From positions 66,774,001 to 66,838,000 of the forward strand of contig CM060733.1 of the NCBI GenBank assembly GCA_030704615.1: DNA of 64,000 nt, in the 5' to 3' direction. The stretch is from Takakia lepidozioides (taxonomy: Eukaryota; Plantae; Bryophyta). Of this stretch, positions 24,647 through 35,023 are shown one piece after another (the stretch's first letter is position 1; each line of letters starts with the position of its first letter). A program made the position numbers and the translations under genes. The notes beneath the pieces are model-generated. The model ran no database searches. It saw nothing but the letters and a program-made list of their open reading frames with translations, and was not told where the DNA came from.

Positions 24647-26649
24647 TTCAACCTGTTGCGAATCTTGTTGTGAACAAATGAGTAACTATTCCAATTGCGT
24701 TCGCAAGATGAGGCAGAGCACACTTGGGCAAGAACACGCTTCGCAATGGGAGCTAATGTTCTTGCTCTAGCTCCAATCAAATCTCACCATTCATGTGGCA
24801 CCATGTTGAGCTCTTTCGGATCCGGCATGTCCTCGAGAGGGTCGTGGCGATCTGAGAAGCATTGGTGCTCGGATATAGCTCTCTCTGCCATGTTCAAATA
24901 AGTCAGTCGCATGAGCACTCGTACGAGGCCGGCCTTGGCATCAGCGTCGTCTCGGAGCATGGTAAAAAAGTATGACGCCTCCCGAAGGGAGCATAACTTA
25001 TGGTGTCACTTGACCCCGAATGGCTACTGTCTTCCAGCAGGAAGGTGGACACCTTCATGACACACCAGACGGTGGTTTGAACCCACAGCCACATCCAACG
25101 TAGTATGTGCCCATTACCATTGGGCTACATGCTGGTTGTCGGAGCATGGTAATATTGTCCGTTCGAACCATCGATCGACGATCGTAAAATGCATCTTCAG
25201 CAGTGTCCGCAAGTTCAGGTTCCAAGGAGAAAGGATGACGCCTCAGGGATTGGACATGATTCTCAAGATTTTGCATTAGTAACCATGCCTTGCCCATTAC
25301 TGGCCGTTGCTTTCCATCAAACTCCCGCAAGCATATAAACAAAGTTTTCATATTTCTTCCAGAAATCGTCGTTGCGAATGGTGTTCCGAACATTTCGACT
25401 TTTGCCCAATGACTTGGCTTTTCTCGAGTCCCGCAACGTTCGTGTGTAGGATTTCCACTGAGGATCTATGATGGTGTGCTCCAAACTATTCTTCACCGTC
25501 ACCAACCGATCCACCATCAAGAAGTTAGCGGCAAAACGGGTTTCGCCTGGATTCCGGAGGTTATATTTTGGTTTATGCCTCCTATATATTGTCAAAGGGA
25601 TGTGGTGTGTGCGGATGAACGACACAACGGTCTTCGCTCACTTGATAAGTTGTTTCACCCACTGTTCTTTTCCCTAATCTTCCAAAAAGATGTCAAGGAT
25701 ATGAGCAGCACAGCCTTAAGGTACATATGGGGATATCGTGCAAATAACATGTCTACAATGTTTCTCATATTAGCGGCATTGTCCGTGCATATTTGCACGA
25801 TTCTATCACTTCCGACCTGTTCGATGAAGTCCGTCAATAACTGACATTGATAACGTGCATCTTTCTTCTTGCCGTTAGTGTCCACCGATCCCAAGAACTG
25901 TTCCCCAGCTGGACATATGAGCATGACATTGAACAATGGTCTGTTTGTAACAGAACTCTAACCATCGCCACATTGATTCCATATTTTCTGAGAGACTCGC
26001 TCGTCCTATCGTTGACTTTTTGGGTAAGCTCTGTCATGGCGTCTTCTAGCAATCATGTGCGGAGATTGTGATAAGAAGGAGTCACGTATGTGGATTTGGA
26101 CTCCGAGGTTGCTCTCACAGCAGAAACAAATGCCGGAAACTTTGCCACATTAAACTGTATATTGGCCTCGAAGAAAAACTGCGCTCATTTTTTATCCAAC
26201 TGCCTTTTCGCAGACAAGTTAAGGCCTTTTTGCATGGATTGTTGCCGTAATCCTCTACTCCGTTGAAGTGTAGGGGCACAAAGAGGTGTTGAAGCAGGTG
26301 TTGCTCCGGCACAACCCACTTGTCCAATGACACCTGAAGCCTCACAAGAGTCCCATTGGGTACTAATCGGGGGCATCCTGACGGGAAGATGAAGTGTTCT
26401 GCTCCGAGGTCGTGTCAAGATCCAGAGACACTGGAATATTGCCTCCACACTGAGCAAAGTGGGTTTTTAGCCGCATAGATTCTCTAGGGCATAAACCCAC
26501 CCCTGGGCTCTTTCCATCTCTATAGCCGAGGTGATGCAGCAGCCGATCCCTACGATAAAAAAAAACTTCAGCCCACATAGGTTGCACTCAACACTGCCAG
26601 TGTTCGGGATTACCGTATACCAAGGGCTCCATTCCTCCCTCATCTTCAC
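24647..26649 (-). pseudogene. hAT transposase (BED finger, DUF659, dimerisation domain), frameshifted
   Basis: VECNLCG..RLLHHL (BED); FLGSVDT..IVQICTDNAANM (DUF659); PGETRFAANF; CSASSCERNWNSYSFVHNKIRNRL. Confidence 0.9.
24966..25138 (-). mobile_element. tRNA-derived SINE with T-tail, inserted in the hAT transposase
   Basis: Minus strand has A box TAGCCCAATGG, B box GGTTCAAACC and a 3' T-run. 14-bp TSD TCGGAGCATGGTAA at 24952-24965 and 25139-25152. Excision restores the transposase reading (NITMLRDDADAKAGL). Confidence 0.9.
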
Positions 26650-28222
26650 CCAATATCCACTCCCGTAGTGATGTAAGAAACAAAAAACAGTGACCTATAT
26701 ATGAACCTGTGAATGTAGAGTGCAATGCGACAGCCCAACACTTCTACATCAATCCAAGTGGGTCGATGTACCTTGTAGTGTTGAGCTTATACACAATCTG
26801 CTGAAGTGGCTTTGATGGAAGCCACAACGACAAAAGATGCGCACCCTCATCTTGGGCTACACTCTCGTTCAATGGAAGAGAATATCCAAAGCAACTTCAA
26901 GTGTTACAAGTGCCAAAAGAAATGAGGAGCTTGGTGAATCTGGTCCCTTAATATATATGCTCCAGGAAGGATGAAAATGAAATGAAAAAAAGATTAACCA
27001 AGAGCGCCCACCCGAAAAAGGCGGTACAACCATATTTGTTATAATTTTAAGATGAAGCGACCGCTAATACTGCGGTCGTTATTTTTTTATTTTATAAAAC
27101 ACAAGCAACCGTCAATATTGCCTTTTATTTGTCTTTTATTTCCTTTGATTTTATAAAATGTTGCGGTCACTTGTATTTTCTTCATTTTCTAAATTACAAA
27201 CGACCGCCAATATGGTGGTCGATTTTATTTTTTATTTTTAAATTTGAGCGATCGCCTGTGTGGCGGTCGCTATTATTTTTTATTTTGAAATACAATGCGA
27301 CCACCGGTATTGCGGTCACTTATATTTTCTTATGACGCTTTTATTTTTTATTTTTTTAGAATAACGCGACCGCCAATATGGCGGTCGCTTGATTTCTTAT
27401 ATATTTAAAATAAACTTGTTTTTCTATATATTTAAAATAAAGTGACCGCCAATATGGTGGTCGCTTTTATTCCTAATATCTTTAAAATAGAGCGTCCGCC
27501 AGTATGGCGGTCGCTTTTATTTTTTGTATTTTTAAGCGACCGTTAGTTTGATGGTTGCCATTATTATTATTATTTTGAAATATATCCACTTTTGTTTTTT
27601 TATGTCGCTTATATTTTAAATATTTTAAAATAAAACGACTACCAATATGACGGTCGTTTGTTTTTTTTTTTGTTTTTTTTTTATAAATTAAATTTGCACA
27701 ACAGGGGACGGTGGCCCTGGATGAAATTTTTTTAAGATTATTGAAGGGAAAAAAATTAAACCCTTGAGTGGCACGTGACCGCCATAAGGCCTGAACACAC
27801 GAAAATCGTGACGGATGCTCCGAGGAAGAAGACGAATAGCAGAGCTAAGCAAGGAGAGCATGGTCCCCAAAGAGACTTGATTCCTGTGACAATAACAATT
27901 CAAGCTAGAAATGCTTCCTAGGATAGATGTGCACCAGACTATGAACCTAGTCTGAAATTCCTGGAGGATTGAAGACCTCCGATTTCACCACATGAGAACC
28001 AGGGGCAGTAGACCGAGAACACCCGGACTGCGCAAATCTATCTAATGAATGAGGGCTTGGTCTTCGTGGAGGCCCTGACATGCTTCCAAATGACGTCAGT
28101 CTTATCAAACTCAGGGGAAGCGGAACAAAAGGGCTCGATGTCCTCTCCATTGAGGGGGGATCTACCTAGCCCAGACACAGGAGTCAGGTCCTGTCAATGC
28201 TGACCCCTTTTCGGGGTTCCTC

Positions 28223-29092
28223 TTGCTCTACTCGAGCCAGCCCCAGTTCCTAGACATGTCGCAGGCCCGGCCGGTTAGAACCTGCCTTTGGTCTAGCAAT
28301 GGCAAAGAATTCAACCCCACGGCACCCATAGATAAGCCAATCATGCACTGGATTCAGGCCAGTACCTTTGCTTGGATAGGAGGGGTGCAGATCCAGGACC
28401 TCCAACTGGACCCAGGGGAGTGGCAATGGAATCTGGATGGGGCCTGCTCTCAGTTTTTTTCTTACTCACCCAAAAAAACCTACAGATCCCTCAACAAAAC
28501 TACAGCTCTCGCAACCAAATGGAATGACAAATGGGGGTTGCAGAACTTTCATGAGGAGAACTGGGACATTATATGGGGCCTTGTATAGGAGAAAACAAAA
28601 CCAGCAAAAGTAAGTGCTTTCCTATGGCAGATCGCCAACAGGGTGCTAAAGGTGGGGCAATTTCTAAATTTCCAGGAGGCTTTGCTATGCACATGCTGCC
28701 ACATTGGCACCATAGAAACCCTGGAGCAATGTCTCATCTCCTGTCAAGGGCCATCCCTCATCTGGCCCTTTGTTGCCTCCTTCTACTCAGGATGGGGCCC
28801 ACTCCCAACTGGCATGGTGGAGCTACTCCTCAACTACAACAAAGATTCAAAATCAATAGCATGCACCTGCCCTGTGTTTGAGGCCCTCCGGGGAGCCACC
28901 TTATGGCAATTGTGGAGGGCTAGATGCACCTGGTCTATGCAAAGATTGAACTCCAATGCAACTGCTATGTTGTCAAGAATCTTTTTCGAACTCACCATTG
29001 CAGCTAAGCTGGCTTGGAAAAACGTGTGTGCAAGAATCGCCAGAAAACCAGCATGGGAACAAGCTCTCTTTCATAAGTTCAATTCCACCTAG
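28223..29092 (+). mobile_element. LINE (L1/Tx1-like) ORF2 C-terminal fragment with zf-RVT
   Basis: W..IWGLV*EKTKPAKVSAFLWQIANRVL...CTCC..IETLEQCLISC...LWQLWRARC. Confidence 0.8.
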
Positions 29093-29249
29093 GGGAGAGG
29101 GGGTCATCATCTGCTCCTGCATAGCCAAACAGAGTTCTGCATGGCCATTGTTACATACAACACTAAGAATGGTTTGCTGGTGGATTGAACCCATTGGTGT
29201 TCCTTGAAAGTTTCTTTTCCCTCTCTTAGAATGAGCTTCCATTTCAATC

Positions 29250-29600
29250 CGGGACACTACAGATGATACTTTGAATATCGGCTGACAGCCTGTTTTGCCC
29301 TAGTGCTATTCTGAGAGAATCTGGGGTGTTGTCCCACAAGTGGTTTATTTGGGAGAAACCTCTTGTTTCCCAGCCTGCCCAACATCTGGCTTGTCCTCTT
29401 TCCACAGGTGTCGGCTTGGAAGTGTTGAGGAAGAGGTGTTGCCTCATGGTTTCTTGGTAAGTGGCTGGCTCAGAATTTAGCAAGAATGGTCTGAGTTTTT
29501 TCCATGCTCTCCAGATATATTTCTAGAGAGGGGAACCAACAGATTTATGATTGAACCCCTGCGTTATCCATCTAGTAGATTGTTTCCAGTGGGTGGTCAG
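29250..29600 (-). mobile_element. Probable LINE ORF2 post-RT segment in opposite orientation
   Basis: AWKKLRPFL...RQHLFLN...WETRGFSQINHLWD, similar to the region preceding zf-RVT in L1/Tx1 ORF2. Confidence 0.5.
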
Positions 29601-29943
29601 CAAGGGAGAGCTGATGTCCTCCACTAAGAGCTTCCACCAACCTCCCCAACTCGATCGTCTTTCCCCGCACTACATCCTGTTTCCATGTCCAGCTTTGATC
29701 ATGCCCTCATCTTCCAGTCTCATCAGGTGCTCATCGCCCTCTCCTTCCCTCTTGTGCTTGATGAGGTTCTGCCCCAACTTGGCAGCATGACCTGTCTACC
29801 TCGGAACTTTCACGCATGAAGCAATGTTCTTCAGATTAACACTCTGTTTCCCAGACTGGTGATTGGTGTGCTGTCTGGGAAACAGAGAGCTAGTATGAAG
29901 AACATCTACCTGCAGATTCTTTGTCGCTGTCGATTCACAGAGA

Positions 29944-30213
29944 ATGCTAGAGTCTGCGCGCTCTGCATCTGCACATTGATGCACGTTTGCATATACAACC
30001 GTTTTCTTTTCCTCATGTTCCCTCTAAGCAACAATTCTCATGTACCCGGGCAGGAGAAAATCTTGCTTTAAAATCTATATGCTAGAGTCTGCGCGCTTTG
30101 CATCTGCACATTGATGCACGTTTGCATGTACAACCGTTTTCTTTTCCTCATGTTCCCTCTGGGCAACAATTCTCATGTACCCGGGCAGGAGAAAATCTTG
30201 CTTTAAAATCTAT
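29944..30213. repeat. ~135-bp direct tandem duplication
   Basis: ATGCTAGAGTCTGCGCGC...CTTGCTTTAAAATCTAT occurs twice, head to tail. Confidence 0.9.
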
Positions 30214-30251
30214 AAGTTACATGTAAATTATTTTTGGCATTACTTGGCAGT

Positions 30252-30970
30252 TGTGCCACATTCACGGAAACGGGTCACAGAGTCCGTCGCCGTTAATGGT
30301 GACGGCTTCCGTGGCTCGTCCCCGTCCATGGTGACGGACGTCGTGAGCCGTCACCGTCCACGGTGACGGACACCGAGACACCGTGCCCATCACCGCCCAA
30401 ATAGTATTCCATAGATGCCGCTTTGGCATCACCTTGAGCAAGAGTTCGCTTGAACCCCTTTGACTAGGAAGATAACCTTGAACCAACCGTGAGCCCCAAT
30501 CACTACAATTGGGTCCGCCTTGGAATGCTGGCCTAAGGTACGGGAACATGCCGAAGCCGCACTACGATCTCATCCCGAGGCTATACGATTATAGTACATG
30601 AACGGAAGCACGTAGCTTCCGCGTTAGCCCGCACTACAAGGCAACCCCCTCGGTAGCGCAGTTATAGTATGCGCACGCGCCAGGTGCGCACTAGCACGTG
30701 AACTCCCAAAGAAGGCGCAAGTTTCCTTGCCCCTTGGATGGGAGTCACTGATTTCGGCGCTGCGCAAACACATGATTAATCCAATTTACCTCTCCCACTT
30801 TTGTAAGCTAGCATGCATTCTACACACTAGCCAATCATACCATGCATCACCATTCCAAACAAAATAGGACGCACAACATTTGGAAACCATTTCATTTATA
30901 AACAAGATTTTTACAACACAAGTATTTGCAATCGGATTCCTGAGCTAGTTAAGCCGGACTAAGCATGCAT
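30252..30970 (-). mobile_element. Putative 3' LTR/UTR of the chromovirus fragment
   Basis: Lies downstream of the chromodomain; PPT-like GTGGGAGAGG on the minus strand (~30790 and ~30975). Ends are uncertain. Confidence 0.4.
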
Positions 30971-31024
30971 TTCCTCTCCCACGATCCAAGGTTGATGTCC
31001 CCATCAACGCTTCTTCCGCTTTTT

Positions 31025-32055
31025 AGGTCGCCCTTCGAAAGCTGCAACCGCCTCGGATGCGTTTCCCATTTCTAAGGCACGCACCCAAGTTGCCTCCACT
31101 TGATGATAGCCCTTCCATTTCATGAGATACTCCATTTCTCGATTCTGAACCTCCTCGACTTAAGCACTGCCTCCACCTCGTACTCAGGTTTATTTTCATG
31201 ATCCAACAGCATAGGTGGCGGACGTAACACTTGATGCCGATTTGGACGCACTTCATCTTTGAAGTAAGGCTTCAAAAGAGAAACGTGGAATACCGGATGC
31301 ACCTTGCTGTCTTCCGACAGCTCCAGCTCATACACATCCTCATTCATAACCTTCCGGATGCGAAAAGGTCCCGCATACGGAGGTACGAACTTCGGACTCA
31401 CTTCCGGAGGTAGTAAAAAATTCTTAATGTTCAACCACACCTCCCTTCCAGCTTCAAACTTAACCTCCCGCCACTTCCGATTCGCCTATCGCTCATAGCA
31501 TTTCCTAGCTTTGGCAATGTTGTACTTTGCGAGCTCCAACAAACACTCGCGTTCTTCCAACACCGCCGTTGCCGCCGGCTCCTCACCGTCCTGGGCGGCC
31601 CAACTTGTCGGCACCAGAGGTGTTTTTCCGTAGACCAATACAAAAGGGGAAGCTCCCGTTGCGGAGTGTTCTATGTTATTATAACAGAACTTTGCCGCAT
31701 CCAAGTGCTCCACCCAGTCCGAATGGTCTGCCGACACATAATTCTGCAGGAGTTGCTTCACCACAGAGTTCACTCTTTCCGTTTGGCCATCCATTGTAGG
31801 TCGGAAGGCCGTGTTCATCTTGAGCCTCGTCCCCATCTTCTTCCAAAGTGCCCTCCAAAACTTACTCGTAACTTTGGATCGCGATCTGAAACAATGTCCT
31901 TTGGGAGTCCATGATGTTTGAAGACAAGGGCGAAGTAAAGTCGCCCCGTCTCCTGCGCCGTTGCTGTCTCCTTGGTTGGGATGAAATGGCCAATTTTACT
32001 GAACCTATCCACCACCACCATGATTGCATCGAATCCTTTTGACAGCGGCAAAGAA
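31025..32055 (-). mobile_element. Chromovirus-type Gypsy integrase with chromodomain, degraded
   Basis: GFDAIMVVVDRFSK, GLPKDIVSDRDPK, DGQTERVN, GPFRI..VHPVFHVSLLKPY, EYEVEAVLKSRR. Confidence 0.9.
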
Positions 32056-33365
32056 TGCTCATACCATGGAGGGACGGGCTCTATGGAGAACAAGAATGCA
32101 TCCGAAACATCATCATCAATAGGCTCATCTCATGTTTTATCCGATAATCGGGAAAGGTGATCGGCCTGAGCATTAAGCCTCCCGGGCTTGTAGACTACCT
32201 TGTAGTCAAATTCCTGAAGCAGAATAACCCACCTGGCTATTCTTCCCGTCAAATTGGGCTTGTTGATCAGGTATCGTAATGCCATGTGATCAACGAAAAA
32301 TGTGAAAGGTATTTCCAACAAATAGTGCCGATATTTCTTTACCGCAAAAATCATTCCCAGAGCCTCCCGCTCCGTGGTGCTATACCTCGTTTCGGCGAAT
32401 GTCAGCTGTCGACTGGCAAAGGATCATGGCCATCAGCATCTGGTTGGCAAAGGGCACAGCCTACGGCCACCGCCAAAGCATCAACGTAAACATGGAAAGG
32501 CCTGTTCCAGTCGGGAGTTGCCAAAACGGGAGCGGACACCAAGCGCTGCTTGAGTGTCTCAAAAGACTCCTAACATCCTGTATCCCAGGAAAATACCTGG
32601 TTCTTCTTCAATAATCGAGTCAGAGATAAGGCCTCTGCTGCATACTTGTCCATAAACCTATACCACCCTATGTGGCCAAAGAACCCCTTCACCTTAGATG
32701 ATGTCTCTGGTGCGGGAAGTTCGACTATGGCGCTCACCTTTGCTGGATCTGTTGCCACGCCATCTTTGGACACTATGTGCCCCAGTAGCAGTCCATGTGT
32801 GACTGCAATCACGCACTTCATCGGGTTGAGAGAGATCCCATTCTCCCTGCACCATATGAAGCACTCCCGTAATGCTGCAACGTGATCTTTTGCATCCCCA
32901 TTGCAACAAAAATCATCTAAGAAGATGACCAAATTTCTTCTCACAATGTCTGAGAAGGCATACGTCATGACCCTCTGAAATGTCAGGGGTGCGTTGCACA
33001 GGCCAAAGGACATCCGTGTATAGGCAAACGTTCCCCATGCTAAAGTAAAGGTGGTTTTTAACACGTCCCTTGGGTCAATCAACACCTGATTGTACCCTGA
33101 AAATCCATCCATGAAAGAGTAGATCTCCTTCCCTGCTACTTCTTCCACCAAAGTATCTATGAATGACAAGGGGAAATGATCCTTGTGTGTTACCTCGTCA
33201 AGGGGGTGGAAGTCCACGCATACCCTTAGGCCTCCATTCTTCTTTCGGACGATCACCATCGGAGACACCCATGCTGATGTTTCCACTGGGAAGATAAATT
33301 CTGCGTCTAGCAGTTTTTCAATCTCTGCTTTAATGAGCAGCGCTAAGTTGGGATTCACCCTTCTC
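32056..33365 (-). mobile_element. Non-chromovirus Gypsy RT-RNaseH fragment
   Basis: LRVCVDF, MDGFSGYNQV, MSFGLCNAP, IFLDDF, FHVYVDA, ARWVILLQEFDYKVVYKPGR. Confidence 0.9.
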
Positions 33366-33408
33366 TCTTGTTGTCATCTTGGGGTAGCTCCCAGAATTCC
33401 GTCTTGTT

Positions 33409-34050
33409 GGACGGAAATGCGGCACCGCATTCCATTGTCCAATACGAAATTTTGATGACGGACATGGAAATGCGGTGCCGCATTTCCAGAATGGACATCG
33501 TTGTTTGTCCAATTCCAGACCCTTGGACGGAAATGCGGCACCGCATTCCATTGTCCAATAAGAACTTTCGATTGCCAAACATGGAAATGCGTCGCCGCAT
33601 TTTCAAGGCCCACATCGTTGTTTGTCCAATTCCAAACCCGTGTGGGTATTCTGTCTAGCTGGACGGAAATGTGGCACCTCATTCCATTGTCCAATACGAA
33701 ATTTTGATGACGAACATGGAAATGCGGTGCCGCATTTTCAGAACGGACATCGTTGTTTGTCCAATTCCAGACCCTTCGACGGAAATGCGGCACCGCATTC
33801 CATTGTGCTCTCCGGGAATGCGGTGCCGCATTTCCAGTATGGACATGGACAAGCATTGGCGATTGGACATGCTTGGACAATTCAAGGTCCAATATGGAAA
33901 TGTGGTGCCGCATTTCCAATTCGAAGTATGATAATGCCATGTCAAGAAATGAAATGCGGTACAGCATTTCCGTTACGACCACAACGGAGGAAAGGGAGCT
34001 GCCAGAAATCGCTGCATGGAGAAAAATGAAATGCGGTGCCGAATTTCCGA
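33409..34050. repeat. Palindromic tandem array 1 (~116-bp dimeric units; core GGAAATGCGG(C/T)(A/G)CCGCATT(T)CC)
   Basis: Units start at ~33409, 33525, 33661 and 33777; about a dozen palindrome copies, degrading rightwards. Confidence 0.92.
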
Positions 34051-34324
34051 GCTTCGGCATGTACATGTTTCCTTTTACTCATACATGGATTTCCTTCACC
34101 TCAGGACTCTGATATCACTGACTTTGGTATATTCATCTGGACAGACACATTGTAGAAATGAGACCACAAATTGTAAACAGTGGGCCAATTACGGCAGTTC
34201 TTGAACACAATGAAACACAAGCACACAGAAGTGAGGTACGATGGGTTGTTTTATTGATCGAACACGGTGTCTCACATTTAGCAACTCCAGACAAATCTAA
34301 GCCCTTCCTCCTTCTACATGGGCG

Positions 34325-34798
34325 TCACCAAGTCGACGGAACTTCGATAGCCCTCAAAACAAGCTCATTACTGATGTGGCACCTCGAGGTAAACTGCAAT
34401 GCGGTCGTTCTGGTGCCCTTGGTGGAGCTGACGACAATGTCATGCCCATCAATGATACCACCATCATACATTGACAAGGTCACTGTGGGCCTCATGTGCC
34501 CGTGCGATTCGTCTTCGCAACTCAGCCGAATGTCTCCATACACTGGAAGAGCGGAGTGAACTCCACAAATATAGTTTTCCCCGGTGCCGTCCTCCCTGGT
34601 CCACTGGCAACAGTTCCAGCGCCAAAGCGAGGCCGTGCGTGATCTGTCCGGCATCCCATTCCACCTTGGTATATCGAGGTCAACAATTTTCAGGACCCAC
34701 GGACCGCATTGACCCTCGCCCTCACCTCGCTCAAAGCGGTAATAGCCCTCCAAATACTCCATTGCGCGCAAAGACTCACATTGCCCATGCAGGAGTAC
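34325..34798 (-). CDS. Uncharacterised TE-associated 'WNCCQW' family protein, 3' exon (copy 1)
   Basis: Colinear homology with 57007-57720: EYLEGYYRFERG/EYIPGHYAFERG, RWNCCQWT, PVYGDI/PLYGDI, SMYDGGIIDGHDIVV/SIFDGGMIEGHDIVV. Confidence 0.75.
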   Translation of the reverse strand, partial: VLLHGQCESLRAMEYLEGYYRFERGEGEGQCGPWVLKIVDLDIPRWNGMPDRSRTASLWRWNCCQWTREDGTGENYICGVHSALPVYGDIRLSCEDESHGHMRPTVTLSMYDGGIIDGHDIVVSSTKGTRTTALQFTSRCHISNELVLRAIEVPSTW

Positions 34799-35023
34799 TA
34801 GGTTATAGTCGGGACCGACTATGGCAGATTGCGTTCAATTTTGACCTCATAAACTATTTTTCAAGCCCATGTTCATTTGAAGTGGTATAGTCGTTCCCGA
34901 CTACACGAATTTGGAGCGGTGGAACACTGTATAAAGTTGTCTTTGTTGATGCCCGACTATGTAGGAGTAGTTTCATGTCATAGTCGTTGCCGACTATGAG
35001 AAGTTGTTGTGTGCGTTGTGCAG

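Larger units (their letters stand above)
24647..27793 (-). mobile_element. hAT-superfamily DNA transposon, 3'-truncated
   Basis: Transposase remnant; palindromic subterminal repeats GCGACCGCCAATATGGCGGTCGC (27055-27660); minus-strand terminus CAGGCCTTATGGCGG at 27793. Confidence 0.85.

Noticed and set aside
25060-25138. tRNA gene
   Set aside because: A and B boxes are present, but no convincing cloverleaf was seen. The unrelated 3' body, T-tail and 14-bp TSD indicate a SINE.
28223-29600. Twin-priming 5' inversion of a LINE
   Set aside because: The inverted piece lies 3' of the sense fragment, not 5', and no TSD or tail was found.
33330-34112. Repetitive ORFs (EMRHRIS/NAAPHF peptides)
   Set aside because: Translations of a palindromic DNA array that give the same peptides on both strands.
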